Shown here one piece after another: positions 17,731-26,959 of a stretch of DNA of 64,000 nucleotides. Each line of letters starts with the position of its first letter. Position 1 is the stretch's first letter. The position numbers were made by a program, and so were the translations under genes. Under the pieces are notes generated by a model, which was given only the letters and a program-made list of their open reading frames with translations, was not told where the DNA came from and did not search any database. This DNA comes from Burkholderiales bacterium (GTDB lineage Bacteria > Pseudomonadota > Gammaproteobacteria > Burkholderiales > Thiobacteraceae): positions 11,491-75,490 of the forward strand of contig JAIMAL010000003.1 in NCBI GenBank assembly GCA_023511995.1, in the 5' to 3' direction.

Positions 17731-18825
17731 ATGGTTCCCCTGGTTGCTGTCGTGTTGATCGCCGTCCTTGCCTTTCCTTTGTCCATCCGGGCGGAGGAGG
17801 CGCCCCGCCTCGTCGCCCTCGACGCGGGGCAGATGCGATCCCTCGGCATCGTCACCGCGCCCCTGCCCACGGGGGAGGCGCGCCTCGGGCGCAGGCTGCC
17901 GGCGCGGGTGGTCGTCCCGCCGGCGCAGATTCGCGTGGTGGCGGCGCCCCTGGCGGGCATGGTGGAACAGGTTGCCGTGGCAAGCCAGCAAAGCGTGCGC
18001 GCCGGCCAGCTGATGGCGCGGCTGACGAGCCCCATGTTGCTGGAAGCGCAGCGGGATTACCTCACGGCCGCCAGCGAACTGCAACTTGCCGAGAGCAATT
18101 CTCGCCGTGACGAACAACTCTATCGTGAAGGCATCATCGGGGAGGCAAGGCTGCGCGCCACACAAAACAGCGAGGCCCAGGCGGCGGCCACCGCCGCCCA
18201 GCGCCGTCAGGTGTTGCGGCTGTATGGCATGACACCGGCGGCGATCAGCGCGCTCGCCAAGTCGCGCAGCCTGTCGCCGGTCATCGATCTTGCCGCTCCC
18301 ATCACGGGGGTGGTGCTGGAGCGGATGGCGGAACCCGGGCAGCGGGTGGAGGCGAATACGCCGCTCTTCCGTCTGGCCAGCCTGAAACCCCTTTGGCTCG
18401 AGATGCAGGCGAGCCTGGAGGAGGCGAGGGCGCTGCGCCCCGGCGCAGCGGTGACGGCATCCGGTGCCCGGGGGCGGGTGGTGACGGTGGGCGCGGCGGT
18501 GGATGGCGCTTCCCAGTCGGTGCCGGTGCGCGCGGAAATGACCGAAGGGCTCGAGTCCCTGCGGCCCGGTCAGTTCGTGGAAGCGCAGGTGACACTGGCT
18601 GCCGGACCCCGGGTGTATCGCCTGCCCGCCGGCGCGCTCGCCCGGGAGCAGGGGCGCGCCCATGTCTTTCTGCAGACCGCCCAGGGCTTCGTCATGACAC
18701 CGGTGACGGTGGTGGAGGAGAGCGCCGGTGAGGTCTTGGTGAGCGGTGCCCTGCCGGAAGGGGCACGCATTGTGGTGAAAGGGGTGGCGGCGCTCAAGGC
18801 GGCGGCAAACCCCCAGGGGCAGTGA
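17731..18825 (+). CDS. czcB: Heavy-metal efflux RND periplasmic adaptor (CzcB/CusB-like)
   Basis: Track ORF trimmed to MVPLVAVVLIAV (ATG 17731) with AGGAG upstream. Membrane-fusion-protein architecture. Its stop overlaps the czcA start. Confidence 0.8.
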   Translation: MVPLVAVVLIAVLAFPLSIRAEEAPRLVALDAGQMRSLGIVTAPLPTGEARLGRRLPARVVVPPAQIRVVAAPLAGMVEQVAVASQQSVRAGQLMARLTSPMLLEAQRDYLTAASELQLAESNSRRDEQLYREGIIGEARLRATQNSEAQAAATAAQRRQVLRLYGMTPAAISALAKSRSLSPVIDLAAPITGVVLERMAEPGQRVEANTPLFRLASLKPLWLEMQASLEEARALRPGAAVTASGARGRVVTVGAAVDGASQSVPVRAEMTEGLESLRPGQFVEAQVTLAAGPRVYRLPAGALAREQGRAHVFLQTAQGFVMTPVTVVEESAGEVLVSGALPEGARIVVKGVAALKAAANPQGQ

Positions 18826-21800
18826 TGCTGGCCAGGCTCACCGAATTCGCCCTCACGCAGCGGCTTTTGCTCATCGTGCTTACCCTGCTTTTGGTGGGGG
18901 TGGGCGTGATGGCTTTTCGCGCGCTGCCCATCGATGCCTTTCCCGATGTTTCCACGACCCAAGTGAAGATCGTGATGAAGGCGCCGGGCATGACGCCGGA
19001 AGAAGTGGAAAGCCGCATCACTACTCCCATCGAACTGGAAATGCTGGGCATCCCCAGGCAGCGGGTGCTGCGTTCGGTGTCCAAATATGCCCTGGCCGAC
19101 ATCACCATCGATTTCGAGGAAGGGACCGACATCTACTGGGCACGCCAGCAGGTGGCGGAACGGCTGAACGGCATCCAGTCGGCCCTGCCCCCTCACGTAT
19201 CCGGCGGCCTTGCCCCCATCACCACCCCGTTGGGCGAGATGTTCATGTTCACCGTGGAGGGGGAGGGGCTCAGCCTGGAGGCGCGGCGCAGTCTTCTGGA
19301 GTGGGTGATCCGGCCGCAGCTGCGCACCTTGCCCGGGGTGGCCGACGTCAACACGCTGGGCGGGCTTGCGCGGGCCTTCGAGGTGATCCCCGATGTCGAG
19401 GCACTGGCGGCGCGGGGCATCACCCTCACTGAACTGGAACAGGCCCTGGCCGCCAACAACCGGAACGATGGGGCGGGGCGGGTGCCGGACGGCGAGGAGG
19501 TGCTGGTGGTGCGCAGCGAGGGCGCCGTGCGCGATCTCGACGACGTGGGCAATATCATCGTTGCCCGTCGTGACGGCAACGTGGTGCGGGTGCGGGATGT
19601 CGCCCGTCTGCGCATCGGCAGTCTCACCCGTTATGGCGCCGTCACCCGCGACGGGCGCGGCGAGGCGGCGGAGGGTCTGGTGCTGGGGCTTCGCGGCGCC
19701 AATGCGCGGCAGGTGGTGGAGGCTGTGCGTGCCAAGCTCGCCGAAATCGAAAAGACTCTGCCACCGGGTGTGCGCATCGAGGTCTTCTATGACCGCGGCC
19801 ATCTGGTGGAGCGTGCGGTGGGCACGGTGACGCGGGCGCTGGCCGAAGCCATCGTGCTGGTGGTGATCCTGCTGCTGCTCTTTCTCGGCAATTTGCGCGC
19901 CGCCCTGGTGGTGGCCCTCACCCTGCCCCTTGCGGCACTGGCCACCTTCATCTGTCTGCATCTCGCAGGTATGTCTGCCAACCTCATGAGCCTGGGCGGG
20001 CTTGCCATCGCCATCGGCATGCTGGTGGACGCAGCGGTGGTGGTCGTGGAAAACATCGTCACCCATCTCGCGCGTCACGGCAGCCACAGCCCCGTCTCGC
20101 CGCTGCATGTGATCTACCGCGCGGTGCGGGAAGTATCTCTGCCGGTGGCTTCGGGCATTGCCATCATCGTCATCGTCTTCCTGCCCCTGCTCACCCTGCA
20201 GGGACTGGAGGGCAAGCTGTTCATTCCCGTGGCCCTGACCATCGTTTTCGCCCTCTCCGCCTCCCTTCTGTTGTCGCTGACGGTGATCCCGGTGGCGTCC
20301 TCCTTCCTGCTTGCCCGGGTCCGTCACGGCGAGCCCTGGCTGGTGCGGCGGCTGGCAGCCCTCTATGAGCCAGTGCTGGCGTGGAGTCTTCGTCAACAGC
20401 GGCTTTTGCTGGTGACGGCACTCCTCCTTCTCGTGGCAACGGGCGTGGTGTACAGCCGCATCGGCAAGACCTTCATGCCCACCATGGATGAAGGCGACAT
20501 CATCATGCAACTGGTGAAGCTGCCTTCCATCAGTCTCGAGGAGTCGTTGCGGCTGGACCTCGCGGTGCAGCAGGCAGTGTTGGCCCAGGTGCCGGAGGTG
20601 CGCGGCATCGTCGCCCGCACCGGCTCCGACGAACTGGGGCTCGACCCCATGGGTTTCAACGACACCGACAGCTTCCTCGTACTCAAACCACAGGAAAACT
20701 GGCGCAAGCCGGACAAGGAATGGGTGATCGACCGGCTGCGGGAGGTGATGGCGGCCTTTCCCGGGGTGTCGGTGAATTTCACCCAACCCATTGAGATGCG
20801 CGTGTCGGAGATGCTCACCGGCGTGCGCGGCGATGTGGCGGTGAAGGTGTTCGGCCCCGACGCACCCACCCTGGACCGTCTGGCAGGCCGCATTGAACAG
20901 GTGTTGCGCGAGGTGCCGGGCAGCCAGGACGTCTATGCGGTGAAAAACGAGGGCGTCCAATACCTGACGATCGGGATCGACCGGCTTGCCGCCGGGCGGC
21001 TCGGTTTCACCGGGGATGAGCTGCAGAACGCCCTGCGCATCCTGGTGGAGGGCAAGACCGTAGGCGTCATCGTCGAGCCGGGCCGAAGGACGCCGCTAAT
21101 GTTGCGCGGTGGCGAGGAAGTGCACAGCGGGGATGCACTCACCCGCGTGCGTCTCGTCGCCGCCAACGGGCAGGCCGTGCCCCTGGCGGCGGTGGCCCAG
21201 GCCAGGCGGGTGGACGGTCCGGTGAAAATCGAACACGAAAACGCCACGCGCATGGCCGTCGTGCAAACCAACGTGCGCAACCGTGACCTGGTGGGTTTCG
21301 TTAAGGAGGCGAAGCAAAAGGTCGCCGCCCGGGTGCCGCTACCCGCGGGCTACCGGCTCGAGTGGGGCGGCCAGTTCGAAAACCAGCAGCGGGCCGCCAC
21401 GCGCCTGGCCATTGTGGTGCCGGTGGCGCTTTTCCTCATCTTTCTGCTGCTGTTTGCCACCTTCCGTTCCCTGCGCCAGTCTCTTTTGGTGCTCACCAAC
21501 ATTCCCTTCGCCCTGGTGGGCGGTGTGCTTGCCCTCTGGCTTTCCGGCGAGTATCTGTCGGTGCCCGCCTCCGTCGGCTTCATCGCGCTGTTGGGGATTG
21601 CGGTGCTCAATGGCGTGGTGATGGTGAGTCATTTCAACCAGCTTCTGGCGCAGGGCATGGAGGTGTCCCGGGCAGTGGTGGAGGGGGCGAAGCGGCGCCT
21701 GCGCCCGGTGTTGATGACCGCCTCCATCGCTGCCCTCGGCCTTGTGCCCCTGTTGTTCGCCCATGGCCCCGGTTCCGAAATCCAGCGGCCGCTGGCCATC

Positions 21801-21905
21801 GTGGTGATCGGGGGGCTGGTCACCTCCACCCTGCTCACCCTGCTGTTGCTGCCGGTGCTCTTTTCCCGTTTCGGCGTGTCCTCTTCCCGGGAGCGACTGG
21901 CATGA
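18822..21905 (+). CDS. czcA: CusA/CzcA-family heavy-metal efflux RND transporter
   Basis: 1027 aa, 12-TM RND with the TM4 motif AIGMLVDAAVVVVEN typical of the HME subfamily. Confidence 0.9.
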   Translation: MMLARLTEFALTQRLLLIVLTLLLVGVGVMAFRALPIDAFPDVSTTQVKIVMKAPGMTPEEVESRITTPIELEMLGIPRQRVLRSVSKYALADITIDFEEGTDIYWARQQVAERLNGIQSALPPHVSGGLAPITTPLGEMFMFTVEGEGLSLEARRSLLEWVIRPQLRTLPGVADVNTLGGLARAFEVIPDVEALAARGITLTELEQALAANNRNDGAGRVPDGEEVLVVRSEGAVRDLDDVGNIIVARRDGNVVRVRDVARLRIGSLTRYGAVTRDGRGEAAEGLVLGLRGANARQVVEAVRAKLAEIEKTLPPGVRIEVFYDRGHLVERAVGTVTRALAEAIVLVVILLLLFLGNLRAALVVALTLPLAALATFICLHLAGMSANLMSLGGLAIAIGMLVDAAVVVVENIVTHLARHGSHSPVSPLHVIYRAVREVSLPVASGIAIIVIVFLPLLTLQGLEGKLFIPVALTIVFALSASLLLSLTVIPVASSFLLARVRHGEPWLVRRLAALYEPVLAWSLRQQRLLLVTALLLLVATGVVYSRIGKTFMPTMDEGDIIMQLVKLPSISLEESLRLDLAVQQAVLAQVPEVRGIVARTGSDELGLDPMGFNDTDSFLVLKPQENWRKPDKEWVIDRLREVMAAFPGVSVNFTQPIEMRVSEMLTGVRGDVAVKVFGPDAPTLDRLAGRIEQVLREVPGSQDVYAVKNEGVQYLTIGIDRLAAGRLGFTGDELQNALRILVEGKTVGVIVEPGRRTPLMLRGGEEVHSGDALTRVRLVAANGQAVPLAAVAQARRVDGPVKIEHENATRMAVVQTNVRNRDLVGFVKEAKQKVAARVPLPAGYRLEWGGQFENQQRAATRLAIVVPVALFLIFLLLFATFRSLRQSLLVLTNIPFALVGGVLALWLSGEYLSVPASVGFIALLGIAVLNGVVMVSHFNQLLAQGMEVSRAVVEGAKRRLRPVLMTASIAALGLVPLLFAHGPGSEIQRPLAIVVIGGLVTSTLLTLLLLPVLFSRFGVSSSRERLA

Positions 21906-22204
21906 TGACCTGTCTGACGCTGGTGATCCCCACCGACCTCGAAGAGGAAGTGGTGGATCATCTTCTGGAACACCCGGAATGGGTGCCGGGTTTCACCACC
22001 TTCATGGTGTCGGGTCATGGTCAGGGCGTGGTGTACCGCAATAGCGCCGAAGCCGTGCGCGGCCGGGTGGGGCGGGTCATGGTGCAGATCGTCACTGAAG
22101 GGGAAAAGGCCGAGGCGTTGCTTGACCACCTCAAGGCCAGTTTCCCGCATCCGGAAATCACCTGGTGGATGAGCCCGGTTTCCGGACAGGGGAGGTTGGC
22201 ATGA
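21902..22204 (+). CDS. DUF3240-like small cytoplasmic protein embedded in the czc operon
   Basis: 100-aa reading frame inside track ORF 21362..22204. It starts at ATG 21902 (ATGA overlap with the czcA stop) and ends in an ATGA overlap with the czcC start at 22201. No signal peptide. The family name is from recall. Confidence 0.6.
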   Translation: MMTCLTLVIPTDLEEEVVDHLLEHPEWVPGFTTFMVSGHGQGVVYRNSAEAVRGRVGRVMVQIVTEGEKAEALLDHLKASFPHPEITWWMSPVSGQGRLA

Positions 22205-23469
22205 AAAGCCTTTTAGGGATTTTGCTTTTTCTCCTCGCCGGTTCGGGGGTTGCGGCGGATTATCCCGATCTGCCGCCGGCGGCGGAGGTGGTGGCGGTGC
22301 TGGAACGCCTGCCCACGGTGGCCGCCGCCCGCGCTGCCATCCGCCTGGAAGAGGCGAACCGGCAACGGCTCGAGGCGGGCCCCCACGAGACCGTGCTGCG
22401 TCTGACCGGTCAGCGCCGGGAGGTGCGGCCGGCACCCGGAGCGCAATATGGGGAATGGAACGTCGCGCTGGAGCGGGCATTCCGCCTGCCGGGAAAGGCG
22501 GAACTGGATGCGCGGCTGGGGGAAGAGGGGGTGGAACAGGCCAGACTGGCCCTGGGCGATGCCCTGCACGAGGCGGCGCGAAGCCTGCTCAAGAGCTGGT
22601 TCGCCTGGGTGAAGGAGAACGTGCAGACGGCGCTGTGGCGCGAGCAGGTGGCGCTCATCCGGGAACAGCTTGCCGTGGTGGAGCGGCGTATCCGGGCCGG
22701 GGACGCGCCCCGGATGGAGAGGCTTGCCGCCGAAGCGGCGCTCGCCCAGGCGGAAGCGAATCTTGCCCAGGCCAGGTTTCGCGAGCAGGCCGCGGCCACC
22801 GAGCTCGCACGGCGGTTTCCCGGTCTGCGCCTGCCCGCGGAAATGAAGCCGGTCCTGGCTTCTCCGCCACCCTTCGATGCCGCCTACTGGCGGAAGAAGG
22901 TGCTGGATCACAACCATGAGCTTGCCGCCGCCCAGGCGGCGGCGCGCCGCAGCCGGCTGATGGTGGCCCGTGCCGAGGCCGAGCGGCTACCCGATCCCAC
23001 CCTGGGTGTGCACGCGGGCCGGGAGCGGGGCGGTGAGGAAAACGTCATCGGGCTTACCGTTTCCATCCCCTTCGGCGGTGCCGCGCGGGCGGCGACGGTG
23101 GCGGCCCATCGCGCCGAGGCCGAGATGGCTGCCCAGCGCGAGGCGCTGGTGGCGGCCAGACTGGCCCTGGAGGCGGAAAACCTTTTCCAGGGAGCGCAGG
23201 CGGCCCATGCCGCCGCCGTGAGCCAGACCGCCGCCGCGCAGGCCATGGAAGAGGCCGCCGCCCTTGCGGCGCGTGCCTATGCCTTGGGGGAGGGCGGTCT
23301 CAATGACCTGCTTACCGCGCGGCGCCTCGCCCTGGAAGCGCGGCTGGCGGCCACCCTGGCCACCATCGAGGCCAGCGAGGCGCGCTACCGTCTCCTCCTC
23401 GATGCCCATGCGCTCTGGCCCATCGGGGCCGATGAACACGAGGCAGAGCATGCGCCCTTGACGCCTTAG
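22201..23469 (+). CDS. czcC: CzcC/TolC-family outer-membrane efflux protein
   Basis: Track ORF trimmed to MKSLLGILLFLLAGSG (ATG 22201). OMF repeats. Confidence 0.8.
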   Translation: MKSLLGILLFLLAGSGVAADYPDLPPAAEVVAVLERLPTVAAARAAIRLEEANRQRLEAGPHETVLRLTGQRREVRPAPGAQYGEWNVALERAFRLPGKAELDARLGEEGVEQARLALGDALHEAARSLLKSWFAWVKENVQTALWREQVALIREQLAVVERRIRAGDAPRMERLAAEAALAQAEANLAQARFREQAAATELARRFPGLRLPAEMKPVLASPPPFDAAYWRKKVLDHNHELAAAQAAARRSRLMVARAEAERLPDPTLGVHAGRERGGEENVIGLTVSIPFGGAARAATVAAHRAEAEMAAQREALVAARLALEAENLFQGAQAAHAAAVSQTAAAQAMEEAAALAARAYALGEGGLNDLLTARRLALEARLAATLATIEASEARYRLLLDAHALWPIGADEHEAEHAPLTP

Positions 23470-23479
23470 GCCGTTTGGC

Positions 23480-23507
23480 TTGCCATCCCCCCACCTTTTG
23501 CTACCAT
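23480..23507 (+). promoter_or_regulatory. Candidate sigma70 promoter for the PhnD-like/GGDEF-EAL pair
   Basis: TTGCCA (23480-85), 16-nt spacer, TACCAT (23502-07), about 48 nt upstream of ATG 23555. Confidence 0.3.
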
Positions 23508-23554
23508 GGGAGAGCCGCGCAGCCGGTTGGAGCGGCAGCCAAAAACAACAAGGA

Positions 23555-24457
23555 ATGGATATGCGCGCGGGTTGGCTGGTGTGGCTTATTTTGATTCTGG
23601 TGCCGGTGCAGGCGGCCGAATACCGGCCCGCGGGCACGGCGGTAGCGCCGGAGGCCACCTATGTCTTCGGCTTTCATCCCCATCTCAATCCCCAGGAGCT
23701 GGTGGCGGCCTACCAGCCCATCCTGGACTATCTCGAAGCCCATCTTCCCGGCGTTCATTTCCGTCTGGAGGGCGCCAAGGATTACGGGGAATTCGAGGCG
23801 CGCCTTGCCGCCGGACACTATCACTTCGCCCTGCCCAATCCCGTGCAGACCCTGCTCGCCCAGCGCGCGGGTTACCGCGTCATCGCCAAGAATTTTCCCG
23901 ATGACGATTTCCGCGGCGTCCTGGTGAGCCGCCAGGGGACGGTGAAGACCCTGCGGGAGCTCCATCAACAGCTTCTCTGTTTTCCTTCGGAAACGGCGGT
24001 GGCCGCCACCCTGCTTCCCCTCTGGCATCTGCACCGCCATGGGGTAGACGTGAAAAGCCTGCGTCTGCGTTATACCGGCACGCAGGTGGCGGCGCTGCTC
24101 AACGCCTGGGCGGGGGAGGCCGCCGCCTGTGGTGTCTCCGCCCGCTTCCTGCGGGCTTTCCAACGGGATGAGCCGGCCAAGGCGGCCCAGCTTTCAGTGC
24201 TTTTCACCACCGACCCGTCGCCCCACAACGCGGTGGTGGCGCGCCGGGACCTGCCGCCATCCCTCACGGCACGGGTGGCGGCTACCCTGGTGGCGATGGG
24301 CAACGATCCGGCGGTGGATCCCGCCCGCTTCAAGCTGGGGCAGCAGCGGTTCGAACGGGCCGATGATGAGACCTACCGGCCTTTCCGTGCCTTCCTCGAA
24401 CGCTATGACGCGGAAATCGGCCTGCCCGCGTCCATCCGGACGATGATCGGCCGCTAG
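23555..24457 (+). CDS. PhnD-like (phosphonate/phosphite ABC-type) periplasmic substrate-binding protein
   Basis: Track ORF trimmed to MDMRAGWLVWLILILVPVQA. PhnD-family N-terminal pattern YVFGFHPHLNPQELVAAYQPILDYLE. No ABC permease or ATPase gene is adjacent. Confidence 0.65.
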   Translation: MDMRAGWLVWLILILVPVQAAEYRPAGTAVAPEATYVFGFHPHLNPQELVAAYQPILDYLEAHLPGVHFRLEGAKDYGEFEARLAAGHYHFALPNPVQTLLAQRAGYRVIAKNFPDDDFRGVLVSRQGTVKTLRELHQQLLCFPSETAVAATLLPLWHLHRHGVDVKSLRLRYTGTQVAALLNAWAGEAAACGVSARFLRAFQRDEPAKAAQLSVLFTTDPSPHNAVVARRDLPPSLTARVAATLVAMGNDPAVDPARFKLGQQRFERADDETYRPFRAFLERYDAEIGLPASIRTMIGR

Positions 24458-24460
24458 GCG

Positions 24461-26881
24461 ATGATGCACGGGTGGCATTCCCTGCGCGGCCGTATCGTGG
24501 CCAGTGTGATCCTGGTGCATGCCACCCTGTCCGCCTACATCGCCTGGGACTTCGTCAGCCGCGAGGAAAGACTGCTCGCCGAAACCTTCCATCGCCAGGC
24601 GGCGGCCCTGGCGCGCAATCTCGCCACCAGCGCCAGCGGCGCCCTGGTGAGCCGGGACCTGGACACCCTCTCCGCCCTCACCGAGGGTCTGCGGGAGGTG
24701 CCGCACCTCGCTTTTGCCCTGGTGACCGACCAGGATGGCCGGGTGCGGGCGGCCACCGAGGCAGGGCTGGTGGGCCGCATCCTCACCGACGCGCCCAGCA
24801 GAAGACTCATGGCCGCGGCAAGGCCCGAGGTGATGGAGCATGGGGGGGTGGTGGATGCCGGGCATCCCATCACCGCAGGGGGCCGGGCGGTGGGGCTGGC
24901 GCGGGTTGCCTTCAGCCGCGCCAGCCTGGATGCGGAGGTCAGGCGCGTGGTCTTTCGCGGCGTGGCCTTCACCGTTTTTGCCATCGTGTTGGGCGCAGGG
25001 GTGGCCTGGTGGGTGGCGCAGGCGGTGACGCGGCGGTTGGCCCGGCTTTCGGCAGCGGCCGATGCCATCGCCGCCGGTGACCTGGATGTGGAGATCGAGA
25101 CCGATCCCCATCCCGATGAGGTGGGCGTGCTGGCGCGGGATTTCCGCCTCATGGTGGAGGCGCTGCGCGCCGAACGTTCCCGCCGCGACGAACTGGAAGA
25201 GCGCCTGTGGGAGGAGAAGGAACTTGCCGAGGTCACCCTGCGCTCCATTGGTGATGCGGTGATCGCCACCGACCTCGCGGGGCAGATCACCTTCATGAAT
25301 CCTGTGGCAGAACGCCTCACCGGCTGGCAGACCGATGAGGCGCGGGGCCGGCCGCTCACCGAGGTTTTCCGCATCCTCGACGAAATCCGCCGCACGCCCA
25401 TCACCAACCCGGTGCAGACAGTGCTCGAGACGGGGCAGGTGGTGGGGTTGGGCAATCACACCCTGCTCATCACCCGTGATGGCCGCGAACTCAACATCGA
25501 GGATTCCGCGGCGCCCATCCGTGATCGCTACGGTGATCTTTTGGGGGTGATCCTCGTCTTCCACGACGTCACCGAGGCGCATGCTCTCCAGGCCAGGCTG
25601 CGTTGGGCGGCAAGTCATGATCCCCTCACCGGCCTCTTCAACCGCGCGGAGTTCGAAAACCGTCTCAAGGCGCTCCTGGAGGTGACGCGTCCCGACGACC
25701 ATCACACGCTGCTCTACGTGGATCTCGACCAGTTCAAGGTAGTCAACGACACCTGCGGCCATATGGCGGGCGATGAACTGTTGCGCCGCCTCGCGACTGA
25801 AATGCAGAACCGGGTGCGCTTGCACGATGTGCTGGCGCGGCTGGGCGGCGACGAATTCGGTGTTCTGCTGCCCTATACCGGCCCGGCACGGGCGCGCAAA
25901 ATCGCCGACGAGCTCTTGGAACTGTTGCTGAATCACCGCTTCGTCTGGGAGGGACGCACCTTCACCACCGGGGCCAGCATTGGCATGGTGGCCATTGATG
26001 GGCCCGGCCATACGTTGCAGGAGTTGCTGTCTGCGGCGGATGCCGCCTGTTATGCGGCGAAGGAGGAAGGGCGCGGCCGCGTGCGTGAGTACGTGGCGGA
26101 GAGTGTGGATTTCAGGCGGCGCGCACAGGAAATGGACTGGGTCGCCCGGCTCACCAAGGCACTGGATGAGGGCCAGTTCCGTCTCTACTGGCAGCCCATC
26201 GTTCCAGTGAACGGCACGGAGGCCCTGCGGCACGGTGAGGTCCTGTTGCGCCTCATCGAGGCGGATGGCAGCCTCACCCCGCCGGCCGCCTTTCTGCCGG
26301 CGGCGGAACGCTACCAGTTCATGGCCCGGATCGACCGTTGGGTGATGGAAACGGCTTTCCGCTGGCTTGCCCGCCGTCCCGAAGACGTCTGCCTGTCCAT
26401 CAATCTTTCTGCGCAGTCCCTCACCGACGACAGCCTGCTTGCCTGGATGGAGGCGCAATTTGCCCACCATGCCCTCGACTGCCGGCGGGTCTGTTTCGAA
26501 ATCACCGAAACCGCCGCCATCGCCAACCTGCAACGGGCGACGGCGCTGATGCAGGCCCTGAAACGCCGTGGCTGCCGCTTCAGCCTGGACGATTTCGGTT
26601 CCGGCATGTCCTCCTTCGCTTACCTGCGCAATCTTCCCATCGATTTCGTCAAGATCGACGGCAGTTTCGTCCGCCGCATCGCCGAGGATGCAGTGGACCG
26701 CGCCATGGTGGAGGCGGTGCAGGATGTGGCACAGGTGATGGGAATCGGCACCATCGCCGAATTCGTGGAAAGCGAAGCCATCCTCACCGTGCTGCGGACC
26801 CTGGGCGTGCAATATGCGCAGGGTTGGGCCGTGGGGCGGCCGATGCCCCTCGATGACATGCAGGATACAGGATCCAGGTGA
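24461..26881 (+). CDS. Membrane sensor with periplasmic domain-HAMP-PAS-GGDEF-EAL (c-di-GMP turnover)
   Basis: 806 aa. Two TM segments flank a ~150-aa periplasmic region. GGDEF motif (RLGGDEFGVLL). EAL-domain motifs EVLLRL, EITE, DDFGSGMSSF. Confidence 0.85.
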   Translation: MMHGWHSLRGRIVASVILVHATLSAYIAWDFVSREERLLAETFHRQAAALARNLATSASGALVSRDLDTLSALTEGLREVPHLAFALVTDQDGRVRAATEAGLVGRILTDAPSRRLMAAARPEVMEHGGVVDAGHPITAGGRAVGLARVAFSRASLDAEVRRVVFRGVAFTVFAIVLGAGVAWWVAQAVTRRLARLSAAADAIAAGDLDVEIETDPHPDEVGVLARDFRLMVEALRAERSRRDELEERLWEEKELAEVTLRSIGDAVIATDLAGQITFMNPVAERLTGWQTDEARGRPLTEVFRILDEIRRTPITNPVQTVLETGQVVGLGNHTLLITRDGRELNIEDSAAPIRDRYGDLLGVILVFHDVTEAHALQARLRWAASHDPLTGLFNRAEFENRLKALLEVTRPDDHHTLLYVDLDQFKVVNDTCGHMAGDELLRRLATEMQNRVRLHDVLARLGGDEFGVLLPYTGPARARKIADELLELLLNHRFVWEGRTFTTGASIGMVAIDGPGHTLQELLSAADAACYAAKEEGRGRVREYVAESVDFRRRAQEMDWVARLTKALDEGQFRLYWQPIVPVNGTEALRHGEVLLRLIEADGSLTPPAAFLPAAERYQFMARIDRWVMETAFRWLARRPEDVCLSINLSAQSLTDDSLLAWMEAQFAHHALDCRRVCFEITETAAIANLQRATALMQALKRRGCRFSLDDFGSGMSSFAYLRNLPIDFVKIDGSFVRRIAEDAVDRAMVEAVQDVAQVMGIGTIAEFVESEAILTVLRTLGVQYAQGWAVGRPMPLDDMQDTGSR

Positions 26882-26959
26882 CAGGTTACAGATAGCAGCG
26901 AGACGAAAATCCCTCTCAAGGGGAGTGGGCCGGTTTGTCACCGTCCTTCTGTAACCTGT
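26881..26959. repeat. 12-bp perfect inverted repeat with a 55-nt spacer at a convergent gene junction
   Basis: ACAGGTTACAGA (26881-26892) and TCTGTAACCTGT (26948-26959). The second arm lies in the last codons of the histidine kinase gene. Confidence 0.6.

Noticed and set aside
18570-20960. 796-aa minus-strand ORF antisense to czcA. The same class includes 24194..26968 (924 aa), 46418..48199 (593 aa), 52183..53835 (550 aa), 54284..56959 (891 aa), 3385..4749, 1712..3112, 12204..13520 and 37735..38943.
   Set aside because: Each one is antisense to a gene with clear family motifs. All have His/Gly/Arg/Asp-rich low-information translations and no RBS or start context. I treat them as GC-driven open frames.
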